NCBI GenBank assembly: GCA_934726455.1
Contig: CAKVDS010000001.1
Span: forward strand, 79,452-143,451
Length of the DNA stretch: 64,000 bases
From: an uncultured Bacteroidales bacterium
GTDB taxonomy: Bacteria > Bacteroidota > Bacteroidia > Bacteroidales > UBA932
Reading direction: 5' to 3'
Below are positions 37,725-46,376 of the stretch, piece by piece (positions within the stretch are counted from its first letter, which is position 1; each line of letters starts with the position of its first letter). The translations under genes and the position numbers were made by a program. Below the pieces are notes generated by a model. The model made no database searches and had not been told where the DNA came from. It saw only the letters and a list, made by a program, of their open reading frames with translations.

Positions 37725-37749
37725 TGCACTGCACTTCATTTTGGTGCAG
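37725..37749 (-). promoter_or_regulatory. CTGCAC-N9-GTGCAG hairpin between the glpK stop and the ATPase promoter
   Basis: Plus strand reads TGCACTGCACTTCATTTTGGTGCAG. A -7 box TAGATTTG (minus strand) lies at 37698-37705. The stem sequence resembles the repeats at 7390-7443. Confidence 0.45.
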
Positions 37750-37769
37750 AGGGGCGGGGAGTGGTTGCG

Positions 37770-39242
37770 CTATTCCGCCATGGCTTTTCTGACGGCGGCA
37801 GCCCAGGCGGCCTTGGACTCGGCCATGCGGGACTCGGAGGCCCGGCGGGAGAAGCGGCGCTCCGCTTCCCAGTTGTCCTTGAGTTCGCCCACAGAAGACC
37901 AGATACCTGCTCCCAGCCCGGCCATGTAGGCCGCTCCCAGTCCAGTGATTTCAGTGACTTTCGGCCGTATCACCTCCGTGCCGAGGATGTCTGCCTGAAA
38001 CTGCATCAGAAGATTGTTGCGCGAAGCACCCCCGTCAACCTTGAGTTCCGAGATGAGGATGCCGGCATCCCTTTCCATCGCGGCCACGATGTCCATCGTC
38101 TGGAATGCTATGCCCTCCAGCGTTGCTCTGGCTATGTGGGCGGCTGTGGCACCTCGGGTCAGTCCAGTGATTACACCACGAACATCCTGGTTCCAGTACG
38201 GGGCTCCCATCCCGGTCAGGGCTGGCACGAAGTACACTCCTCCGTTGTCGGGGACGGATGCGGCAAGCGCTTCTATTTCAGATGAATCCTTGATGAGCCC
38301 AAGCCCGTCACGCAGCCATTGCACGGCAGCCCCGGCCACGAAGATACTTCCCTCGAGGGCGTAGTTCACCCTGTCTTTGAGTTTCCAGGCTATGGTGGTG
38401 AGCAACCTGTTCTCGGAGAGGATCGGCTTGTCGCCGCAGTTCATCAGCAGGAAGCATCCTGTGCCGTAGGTGTTCTTCACCGACCCCTCGTCGATGCACA
38501 TCTGCCCGAAAAGCGCCGCCTGCTGGTCTCCTGCGACCCCGGTTATCGGGATGTTGTGTCCGAGCACTGTAGCTTCTCCGAAAAATGCGTCCGAAGAGCG
38601 TACCTGCGGCATCATGGATTCCGGGATGCCGAACAGGTCCAGAAGCTCGCTGTCCCAAGACAATGTGTTGATGTTGAACAGCATGGTGCGTGAGGCGTTG
38701 GTCACATCCGTTGCGTGGACCTTGCCTGAGGTCAGGTTCCAGATGAGCCAGCTGTCCACTGTGCCGAAGCGCAGCCTGCCCTCCATTGCCTTTCTGCGTG
38801 CACCCGGGACATTCTGGAGTATCCATCTTATCTTTGAGGCGCTGAAGTAGGCATCTATGACCAGCCCGGTCTTCTCCTGTATCTTCTTTGTGAGGCCCTG
38901 TGCTTTGAGCGAATCGCAGTATGAGGATGTCCGGCGGTCCTGCCAGACTATGGCGTTGCAGATGGGCCTGCCGGATGCGGCATCCCATACTATGGTGGTT
39001 TCCCGTTGGTTGGTGATGCCCATGGCTACGAACTCCCCGTCGCGCACCCCGGCTACCGCTTCGTTGACCACTGCGCGCACGGAGGACAATATTTCCAGAG
39101 GGTTCTGCTCCACCCACGCCTGCCGTGGGAAAAGTTGGGTGAACTCTTTGGCGCATATCGTGATTTGACGGCCGTGCTCATCAAAAACAATGGCTTTGGA
39201 ACTGCTGGTGCCCTGATCTACCGACAATATATATCTGCTCAT
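37770..39242 (-). CDS. glpK: Glycerol kinase
   Basis: [27 protein letters not shown], and the FGGY C-terminal motif [17 protein letters not shown]. Start trimmed to MSRYIL. Confidence 0.93.
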   Translation of the reverse strand: MSRYILSVDQGTSSSKAIVFDEHGRQITICAKEFTQLFPRQAWVEQNPLEILSSVRAVVNEAVAGVRDGEFVAMGITNQRETTIVWDAASGRPICNAIVWQDRRTSSYCDSLKAQGLTKKIQEKTGLVIDAYFSASKIRWILQNVPGARRKAMEGRLRFGTVDSWLIWNLTSGKVHATDVTNASRTMLFNINTLSWDSELLDLFGIPESMMPQVRSSDAFFGEATVLGHNIPITGVAGDQQAALFGQMCIDEGSVKNTYGTGCFLLMNCGDKPILSENRLLTTIAWKLKDRVNYALEGSIFVAGAAVQWLRDGLGLIKDSSEIEALAASVPDNGGVYFVPALTGMGAPYWNQDVRGVITGLTRGATAAHIARATLEGIAFQTMDIVAAMERDAGILISELKVDGGASRNNLLMQFQADILGTEVIRPKVTEITGLGAAYMAGLGAGIWSSVGELKDNWEAERRFSRRASESRMAESKAAWAAAVRKAMAE

Positions 39243-39299
39243 ATCGGCAAAGATACTGCTAATCCCGATTTTTATGTCTAACTTGCGTACCAAAACCCA

Positions 39300-40211
39300 A
39301 TGCAAATGAAATCACTGAAACTAAAGGCTTCTGCCGATGATCTTGATCTTGCGGTACTTGTCAGTGAGCCTGACGGGACGCCCAAGGGTATTTTCCAGAT
39401 AGTGCACGGAATGTGCGAACACAAGGAGAGATATGCCGCTTTTATGGAGTATCTTTCCGGGCACGGATATGTCTGCGTCATCCACGACCATCGTGGGCAC
39501 GGAGAGTCTGTCAAGACTCCGGACGACCTCGGATTCATGTATCGGGGAGGATGGAAAGCGATGGTGGAGGATGTCAAGGTGGTGGCTGACTGGGCGAAAG
39601 CTCATTATCCGGGACTGAAGCACGTTCTGCTCGGCCATAGCATGGGCTCAATGGTGGTCCGTTCGTTTACAAAACGCTATGATGACATGATTGACTCTCT
39701 CTTTGTCTGCGGCTGCCCGAGTGACAACCCGGCCAAGAGCGCCGGCAAGTTCTTGGCTGACTGCTTCGTGCTGTTTGCGGGCGGGCACAGCCGTCCGAAA
39801 CTGCTCCAGAAACTTTCATTCGGTTCGTTCAACGCCCCGTTCGCCCAGGAGGGATACCCTGTAGCGTGGGTATGTTCGGACGAGAAGACTCTCAAGGAGT
39901 ACCACAGTGACCCTCTGTGCATGTTCCAGTTTACCGCCAACGGCTTTTCCAATCTCACAGCTCTGATGAAAGACTGCTACTCCCGCAAAGGGTGGAAACT
40001 TTCCAATCCGGAGCTGCCGGTCCACTTCATATCCGGCGCTGAAGACCCGTGCCTTATCAGTGAAGACGCGATAGGGAAGGCGGTTGCTCTGATGAGGGAA
40101 GTCGGATACAGGCACGTTGATTTGAAACTTTACCCGGGCATGCGCCACGAGATTCTCAATGAGACTGAAAAACAGCAGGTTTGGGATGATATATTGGCGA
40201 AACTTGGATGA
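39300..40211 (+). CDS. Alpha/beta hydrolase (lysophospholipase / monoacylglycerol-lipase-like)
   Basis: [14 protein letters not shown], and nucleophile elbow GHSMGS. Confidence 0.8.
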   Translation: MQMKSLKLKASADDLDLAVLVSEPDGTPKGIFQIVHGMCEHKERYAAFMEYLSGHGYVCVIHDHRGHGESVKTPDDLGFMYRGGWKAMVEDVKVVADWAKAHYPGLKHVLLGHSMGSMVVRSFTKRYDDMIDSLFVCGCPSDNPAKSAGKFLADCFVLFAGGHSRPKLLQKLSFGSFNAPFAQEGYPVAWVCSDEKTLKEYHSDPLCMFQFTANGFSNLTALMKDCYSRKGWKLSNPELPVHFISGAEDPCLISEDAIGKAVALMREVGYRHVDLKLYPGMRHEILNETEKQQVWDDILAKLG

Positions 40212-40645
40212 TGGAAGAGAATGAAAAATACATGCGCGAAGCGCTGCGCGAGGCACGTCTGGCCTTTGATGAGGATGAGGTGCCTGTCGGAGCGGTGGTG
40301 GTGTGCCGGGGGCGCATCATAGCACGTGGGCACAATATGACGGAGCGACTTAACGATCCCACGGCGCATGCTGAGATGATAGCTCTCACCGCCGCCACCG
40401 AGGCGGTAGGGGGCAAGTACTTGAACGATTGTACTCTATACGTCACGGTGGAGCCATGCCCTATGTGCGCGGCCGCTCTTTGCTGGGCGCAATTGGGCGG
40501 GCTTGTGTACGGGGCATCAGACCCCAAGCGCGGTTTTTCTCTTTTCTCTCCGTCGCTGCTTCACCCGAAGACGGCTGTCGAGGCAGGAGTGCTCGTCGGG
40601 GAGTGCTCGGAACTGATGAGTTCGTATTTCAAGGCAAAAAGATAA
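40208..40645 (+). CDS. tadA: tRNA adenosine(34) deaminase
   Basis: HAEMIAL and PCPMCAAAL zinc-binding motifs. Confidence 0.9.
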   Translation: MMEENEKYMREALREARLAFDEDEVPVGAVVVCRGRIIARGHNMTERLNDPTAHAEMIALTAATEAVGGKYLNDCTLYVTVEPCPMCAAALCWAQLGGLVYGASDPKRGFSLFSPSLLHPKTAVEAGVLVGECSELMSSYFKAKR

Positions 40646-40668
40646 TTGCTATATTTGCAGTCTGGAAT

Positions 40669-40739
40669 TGAGGTATGGTGTAATGGTAGCACTACAGATT
40701 TTGGTTCTGTCTGCCCAGGTTCGAATCCTGGTACCTCAA
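40669..40739 (+). tRNA. tRNA-Gln (anticodon UUG)
   Basis: TGAGGTATGGTGTAATGGTAGCACTACAGATTTTGGTTCTGTCTGCCCAGGTTCGAATCCTGGTACCTCAA folds as a cloverleaf. The anticodon loop is TTTTGGT. Confidence 0.88.
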
Positions 40740-41000
40740 CGTCTTTTACGGGGCATATCCCCGAACCCCTGCGCCCGTGCCACCTGCATCGCTCAAGCCG
40801 CTTCCCGACTTTGCCGGTGCAAAGTCTCCCGTGATCGCATCAGGTGCGCCGATTTTGGTGGCGGCTAAATGACCGAATATCTGATAGTTGCTGATTTTGC
40901 CTGTGCCAATCCGGATATAGGCATAATGGGTAATTCGTTGATTTATACTGTTTTATTTGCCACCGCATTCCGCCTCATCGCCGCCGCTGCGGCTCTGCAG

Positions 41001-41876
41001 TCAGATGTCCTGTACCAACCGTACAGCGCAAAGGGAGGAGCGCAGGCTGACGACGCTCGTGTAGACCCCGTCTTCCTTGAATATCATCCTTCTGCAATAT
41101 CTCCAGTTATCCTTGGAACTTGACGAAATATATGCACCGGTTTTTCCGTATTCCGGGTTGCCTTTGGCCGGGTTGTGGCCGGCTGCCGGGAGAAACACGC
41201 AGCCGAGGTTTTCAAGGATCTGCCACTGCCCGGCCCCGTAGGAAGTGTCGGCATAGTTATAGCTGCCGCATTGGTTTATCCCTCTCGGCAGAGGAATATC
41301 CGAAGGCCAGCCTATGACATCAGGGAAGAGTATAAGGCCATTGACCCCATCAACTGTCGCCCTTGAATGTCGCGCATTCTCTACCCCTCCTATTCTTGGG
41401 CCGGCTCTTTTATTGAGCAGAAACTTCCATTCGTTGTCTGACAGCGTCCTCCACCCGCTGCCGATGAGCGGGCCCCAGTCCTGGAGCACGTCTGATACGG
41501 ATGAGCCATAGTGGGAGGGATCGCTGTTGTACCCGATGCCGAATTTTTCCGCAGATGGTGAACCGGCTGCCGCCCATCCGAAAAGATCCGCTGTTCCGCC
41601 TGCGACTGGTGTTACATTGCAAGATGTGGATCCGAGGAACTCACCCTGCCATGATGCGAAGCCCCAGTTGACGGAGAGCTCATCTCCACTTTCAATGATG
41701 TGCGCTTGGAGGTTGCCGCTTGCGAAAATGACCTTTTTCCCTGACGCGTCCACGGTGAAACTGCCGGAGACAGGACTCAGGCAATCATTGTCCAGCAAAG
41801 GCGGCTTGCTGCAAGCATGCAGCAGCGACAACGCAATCAGCGCCAGTCCGATGTTCTTCATAATCTTTTGGTTCAA
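41001..41876 (-). CDS. Lipoprotein with FISUMP/DUF1566-like lectin-type domain (paralog of 34124-35197, without the Big2 domain)
   Basis: Lipobox LLHAC. Shared motifs are GNLQ, ADLFGW, WRTLSDNEWKFL, ENARHSRATVDGVNGLILFPDV, GCVFLPAAG, CAVRLVQD. Confidence 0.6.
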   Translation of the reverse strand: MNQKIMKNIGLALIALSLLHACSKPPLLDNDCLSPVSGSFTVDASGKKVIFASGNLQAHIIESGDELSVNWGFASWQGEFLGSTSCNVTPVAGGTADLFGWAAAGSPSAEKFGIGYNSDPSHYGSSVSDVLQDWGPLIGSGWRTLSDNEWKFLLNKRAGPRIGGVENARHSRATVDGVNGLILFPDVIGWPSDIPLPRGINQCGSYNYADTSYGAGQWQILENLGCVFLPAAGHNPAKGNPEYGKTGAYISSSSKDNWRYCRRMIFKEDGVYTSVVSLRSSLCAVRLVQDI

Positions 41877-42013
41877 ATTAGTTCAATATGCTGTGTTTCA
41901 ATTATATGGTAAGGGCGAATATAGGAAATGTCCATTGTAAATCCAAGTATCCGGAGATAAAATGCTGTCAACGGGCTATTGTCAAGTTTCATAAAAAGTT
42001 TCATCTTTGTACA

Positions 42014-44623
42014 ATGAAACTTTTTCTCATCGACGGGCATGCGCTCATCTTCAAGATGTACTATGCTTTTCTCGGGCGCCCTATGGTTAATTCCAAGGGG
42101 GTTGACACCTCAATCCTGTTCGGCTTCACCAAATATCTGCTGGAGTTGGTGGAGCGCGAGAGGCCTACTCATCTGGCTGTGGGTTTCGATCCGCCCGGCG
42201 GCACATTCCGCAATGAACTGTATCCTCAATATAAGGCCAACCGTGCCGAGACCCCGCAGCTTGTCATCGACGCTCTGGAGCCTCTGACCGCGATTGTCCG
42301 CTCTATGGACATTCCGGTGCTGATGGTCAGCGGGTTTGAAGCCGATGATGTCATAGGCACCGTCGCCGGCAGGTTCGCATCGGAGCAGACAGATATCTAT
42401 ATGGTCACTCCGGACAAAGACTACGGCCAGCTTGTTGCGCCGCACATATTCCAATACAAGCCGGGAAAATCCGGCTCGGAAAACGAGATATTGGACAGCG
42501 CGGCCGTGTGCGAAAAATGGAAGATCTCCAGCACTTCGCAGGTGCGGGATATTCTCACGTTGTGCGGTGACGCCTCGGACAATGTCCCCGGAGTACAGGG
42601 TATAGGCCCTGTGGGGGCGGCCAAACTGCTGGCCAAGTACGGAAGCACGGAGGGGATATATGCCCATATTTCAGAGCTTACCGCGCGGCAGCAGGATATG
42701 TTGAACGCTGCCAAACCCCATATTGCGCTTTCCGAAGAACTGGTGACGATACGTACTGATGTCCCGGTTGACCTGACGCTGGAGCAGATGTCTTTCCGGC
42801 CATGCTGCACTCAGGCTGTTTTCTCCTTGTTCGATGAATATGAGATGCCTTCGCTCAAAAAGATTTTTTCACGCATTGCGGCCGCAGCCGGTCAGACTGT
42901 CCCGGCTGAATCATCTGCCGTGACTCTGGAAGTGGAGACTGTTTCGCCGGAAGTGCTGTCTTCTCTTGCCAAAGCCGGTTCCCGCATGTCTGTGCTGGCC
43001 ACTGGCGGGACGGTCTATGCGGCTGCGGGGGAGAAATGCTCTGCCGGGACTCCGAATGAGTTCAAGGGCGTTCTGGAGGACAGTGCCGTGGTCAAGGCCG
43101 GTGCCGGCATAAAATCTGCGATGAATGCTCTCGCCGCTTCCGGGACAGGACTTGAGGGCCGTCTGGAAGATGTCGAGCTGATGCACTATCTTCTCAATCC
43201 GGAGCGGAATCACGCATTGGATGCGCTGGCGCTTTCATATCTGGGTGTGGACCTTGATTCCGGAGAGGAGGCTGAGGCCTCGCTTTTTGACGAGCCGTCC
43301 GGAGAGTCCTCGGACCGGCGGTGCAGGGAGGCTATGGCTGCTCTGAAACTCGCGGGCCGTCTGGATGAGGAGATTGATTCTGTGCCGGGGCTTCGCGAGT
43401 TGTATGACCGCATCGAGGAGCCTCTTGTGGGGGTCCTTTTCAGAATGGAGAGGGCAGGAGTCAAGATTGACCTTGAGTCTTTGTCCGGTTTTGCCGCGAT
43501 GCTCCGCTCGAAAATCGCCGAGAGGGAGGCGCAGGTGCGTCAGCTTGCCGGTGAACCGGGGCTTAATGTCGGTTCACCCAAGCAGTTGGGAGTTGTTCTC
43601 TTCGAGAAAATGGCCCTTGATCCAAAGGCCCGTAAACCCCGTTCCGGAAACTGGCCCACTGACGAGCAGACCCTCCAGGCTCTCTCGGACCGCAGTCCGA
43701 TAATAGAGGCTATCCTGGACTACAGGGCCATGCGCAAACTGCTCTCCACCTACATCGAGCCTTTTGCCGGCTATATCTCCCCGGTCGACGGCAGGGTTCA
43801 CACGACTTTCAACCAGACCATGACCGCCACGGGACGCCTGTCCTCGTCCAACCCCAACCTCCAGAATATCCCTGTACGCACGGATCTGGGCCGTGAGATA
43901 CGCCGGGCGTTCGTGGCCGGCTCGCCTGACAGTGTCATGATGTCCGCTGACTATTCCCAGATAGAATTGAGGCTGATGGCGCATTTCAGCGGCGACTCGC
44001 ACCTTGTTGAAGCCTTCAAGGCAGGCCAGGACATCCATGCCGCCACCGCCTCGAAGATTTTCGGAATCAGCCTGGATGAAGTCACCCCTGACCAGAGACG
44101 TGTCGCCAAGACCGTAAACTTCGGGATTATGTACGGGATCTCGGCTTTCGGCTTGAGCCAACGCCTCGGATGCAGCCGTCAGGAGGCGAAGAAGATAATC
44201 GATGATTATTTTGCTTCATTCCCGTCCATACGCAGATATATTGACAATACTTTGGATTCGGCCCGGAAGAACGGCTATGTGGAGACCCTTTTCGGACGGA
44301 GAAGATACCTGCCGGACATCAACTCCGGCAATGCCACCGTCCGCGCGTTCGCGGAGCGGAATGCCGTCAATGCACCGGTCCAGGGCACGGCGGCGGATAT
44401 AATAAAGCTGGCCATGATCGGGGTTGACAGGCAATTGAGAGAGGGCGGATACAAGTCCATGATGGTTCTACAGATCCACGATGAGCTCCTGCTTGAAGTG
44501 CCTTCGGTCGAGATCGAGACTGTCAAGGCGATGCTTGTAAGCCAGATGGAAAACGTGGTGAGCCTTTCAGTTCCACTTACGGTAGAATGCAACTATGGCA
44601 AAAATTGGCTTGACGCCCACTGA
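42014..44623 (+). CDS. polA: DNA polymerase I
   Basis: 5'-nuclease domain (LIDGHALIFKMYYAF), then polymerase motifs DYSQIELR, RRVAKTVNFGIMYG, QIHDELL. Start trimmed to MKLFLIDG. Confidence 0.93.
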   Translation: MKLFLIDGHALIFKMYYAFLGRPMVNSKGVDTSILFGFTKYLLELVERERPTHLAVGFDPPGGTFRNELYPQYKANRAETPQLVIDALEPLTAIVRSMDIPVLMVSGFEADDVIGTVAGRFASEQTDIYMVTPDKDYGQLVAPHIFQYKPGKSGSENEILDSAAVCEKWKISSTSQVRDILTLCGDASDNVPGVQGIGPVGAAKLLAKYGSTEGIYAHISELTARQQDMLNAAKPHIALSEELVTIRTDVPVDLTLEQMSFRPCCTQAVFSLFDEYEMPSLKKIFSRIAAAAGQTVPAESSAVTLEVETVSPEVLSSLAKAGSRMSVLATGGTVYAAAGEKCSAGTPNEFKGVLEDSAVVKAGAGIKSAMNALAASGTGLEGRLEDVELMHYLLNPERNHALDALALSYLGVDLDSGEEAEASLFDEPSGESSDRRCREAMAALKLAGRLDEEIDSVPGLRELYDRIEEPLVGVLFRMERAGVKIDLESLSGFAAMLRSKIAEREAQVRQLAGEPGLNVGSPKQLGVVLFEKMALDPKARKPRSGNWPTDEQTLQALSDRSPIIEAILDYRAMRKLLSTYIEPFAGYISPVDGRVHTTFNQTMTATGRLSSSNPNLQNIPVRTDLGREIRRAFVAGSPDSVMMSADYSQIELRLMAHFSGDSHLVEAFKAGQDIHAATASKIFGISLDEVTPDQRRVAKTVNFGIMYGISAFGLSQRLGCSRQEAKKIIDDYFASFPSIRRYIDNTLDSARKNGYVETLFGRRRYLPDINSGNATVRAFAERNAVNAPVQGTAADIIKLAMIGVDRQLREGGYKSMMVLQIHDELLLEVPSVEIETVKAMLVSQMENVVSLSVPLTVECNYGKNWLDAH

Positions 44624-45188
44624 TGAACTGGTCCGCCGTGCGATCATAGGTGACGGGACGGCTTTCACTGAGTTGTGGGATACGAATATCGACTCCCTCA
44701 AGGCATACCTCGCGTCCACCATAAAGCAGCTGGATGACTTTTATATCGATGACATCTGTTCCAGAAGTTTCGAGAAAGCCTTCAGGCAGATACGGAGTTA
44801 TGACCCTTCCCGGAGCCTCTTTTCGACTTGGCTCAGGGCTATCGCGCGGAATACGGCATTGGATACGCTGGAGTCTGAGGCGCGCACTCAGCGCAAGTGG
44901 GTATCCATCGATGACAATCCTACCGCCGGGGCGGCAGTCGAGACAATCGGGGATGCGGAGGCGACTCCGCTCGAGAGCATCATCAAGGATGAAGATGCCG
45001 AGAGTCTCCAGTCCTGCATAGACGCTCTGCCCGAACTTTACCGGGAGATAGCCAGACGCCGCCTCGTGGACGGCCTGCAATACAAGGAGATAGCCGAGGA
45101 GCTCGGGATGGAGCTCAACACCGTGCGCACCAGGATAAGGCGTGCCAAGGCGATGATAGACGAGATGAAATCTAGTGAAGAACAATGA
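44595..45188 (+). CDS. ECF-type sigma-70 family RNA polymerase sigma factor
   Basis: Region 2 (FSTWLRAIARNTALD) and region 4 HTH (YKEIAEELGMELNTVRTRIRRAK). Overlaps the polA 3' end by 29 nt. Confidence 0.75.
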   Translation: MAKIGLTPTDELVRRAIIGDGTAFTELWDTNIDSLKAYLASTIKQLDDFYIDDICSRSFEKAFRQIRSYDPSRSLFSTWLRAIARNTALDTLESEARTQRKWVSIDDNPTAGAAVETIGDAEATPLESIIKDEDAESLQSCIDALPELYREIARRRLVDGLQYKEIAEELGMELNTVRTRIRRAKAMIDEMKSSEEQ

Positions 45189-45802
45189 CAGACTACAAAG
45201 AGCTTATAAGACTATATACGGAGTGGAACTCCAAGATAAATGTGATTTCCCGCAAGGACATGGACAACATATATCAGCACCATGTCCTGCACTCCCTTGC
45301 GATAGCCGAGTACTTGAGGCGCTTCTACCCGGAAAATGTCTGGGACGGGGCGAGCGTGCTGGATGTCGGGACGGGAGGGGGATTCCCGGGCATTCCGCTG
45401 GCAATGGAATTTCCATTGACTCGTTTTACCCTCTGTGATTCGATAGGCAAGAAGATAACGGTCGCGAGCGCCGTGGCAGAAGGTCTCGGACTGAAAAACG
45501 TGAACTGTGTCAACGCCAGGGCCGAATCCCTCCCGGAGACTTTTGACTGGGTGGTGTCGCGGGCTGTCACCTCTCTGGAGAAATTCTATCCGTGGGTCGA
45601 GGGGAAGTTCCGCCGGAGCATCCTCTACCTCAAAGGCGGAGATGTCAATGAGGAGGTCTCCCTATTGCTGCGGAAATCTCATCTGAACCCGCGCAATGTG
45701 AGGTGCTGGAGAATATCTGATTGGCTTCAAGATGATTATTTCGCAGAAAAATTTGTAATTGAGATAGGAAAATCCTATCTTTGCCCTCCCGAATTTGAAT
45801 AA
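45185..45802 (+). CDS. rsmG: 16S rRNA (guanine527-N7)-methyltransferase
   Basis: VLDVGTGGGFPGIPLA SAM motif and WNSKINVIS. Confidence 0.88.
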   Translation: MTDYKELIRLYTEWNSKINVISRKDMDNIYQHHVLHSLAIAEYLRRFYPENVWDGASVLDVGTGGGFPGIPLAMEFPLTRFTLCDSIGKKITVASAVAEGLGLKNVNCVNARAESLPETFDWVVSRAVTSLEKFYPWVEGKFRRSILYLKGGDVNEEVSLLLRKSHLNPRNVRCWRISDWLQDDYFAEKFVIEIGKSYLCPPEFE

Positions 45803-45820
45803 TTAAAATAGAATAAGATA

Positions 45821-45973
45821 ATGAAAAGGACATTTCAACCGTCAAACCGCAAGAGAGTCAACAAGCACGGCTTTCGCGAGCGTATGAGCACAGCGAACGG
45901 ACGCAGGGTACTTGCTTCCCGTCGCGCTCATGGACGCAAGAAACTCTCAGTTTCTTCAGAGGACCGCTACTAG
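45821..45973 (+). CDS. rpmH: 50S ribosomal protein L34 (50 aa; below the ORF-track size cutoff)
   Basis: My own translation is [50 protein letters not shown]. Confidence 0.92.
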   Translation: MKRTFQPSNRKRVNKHGFRERMSTANGRRVLASRRAHGRKKLSVSSEDRY

Positions 45974-45990
45974 TAGCAGGCAGTCTCTGT

Positions 45991-46035
45991 AAACTGAAAT
46001 CGCCGGTCTCATAACGAGGCTGGCGATTTCAGTTT
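45991..46035. terminator. Bidirectional terminator hairpin between rpmH and the DUF4491 gene
   Basis: 14-bp stem AAACTGAAATCGCC ... GGCGATTTCAGTTT. Confidence 0.7.
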
Positions 46036-46038
46036 GTA

Positions 46039-46326
46039 TCAGTTCTTTCTTTTCGGATTGGCCGGAAACCATCCCTTTTCCACCCGTTTCTTCTGTTGGA
46101 AGATTTCGAGTATGCTCCAGAAGCAGGAGAATGCGAATACACCCAGAATGGTCGAGAATATGTAATGCTCCGTCAGAAGCGATGCGGCGATCCCGCACAG
46201 TCCGACAAGCAGGAACACCCACCAGCATTTGGTGCCGAAGTGGTATTCGGCCTTGATTACAATCGGATGGAACATTCCTATCATCAGGAAGGAGGAAATG
46301 CCTATTATAAGACCTGTAAAATTCAT
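46039..46326 (-). CDS. Small three-TM membrane protein (DUF4491-like)
   Basis: 95 aa with three hydrophobic helices and a basic C-terminus. Confidence 0.55.
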   Translation of the reverse strand: MNFTGLIIGISSFLMIGMFHPIVIKAEYHFGTKCWWVFLLVGLCGIAASLLTEHYIFSTILGVFAFSCFWSILEIFQQKKRVEKGWFPANPKRKN

Positions 46327-46376
46327 GTACGACGCTTTTCAGATGCAAATATAGTGCAAATCTCCCGGATTGGACG

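Noticed and set aside
38308-39156. 282-aa alternative-frame ORF within glpK (same strand)
   Set aside because: The glpK frame carries all FGGY kinase motifs. The alternative frame is Arg/Gly/His-rich noise.
40869-41123. 84-aa ORF in the spacer after tRNA-Gln (also 40646-40868 ORFs overlapping the tRNA)
   Set aside because: It overlaps the 3' end of the minus-strand lipoprotein gene or the tRNA itself, and has no start context or motif.
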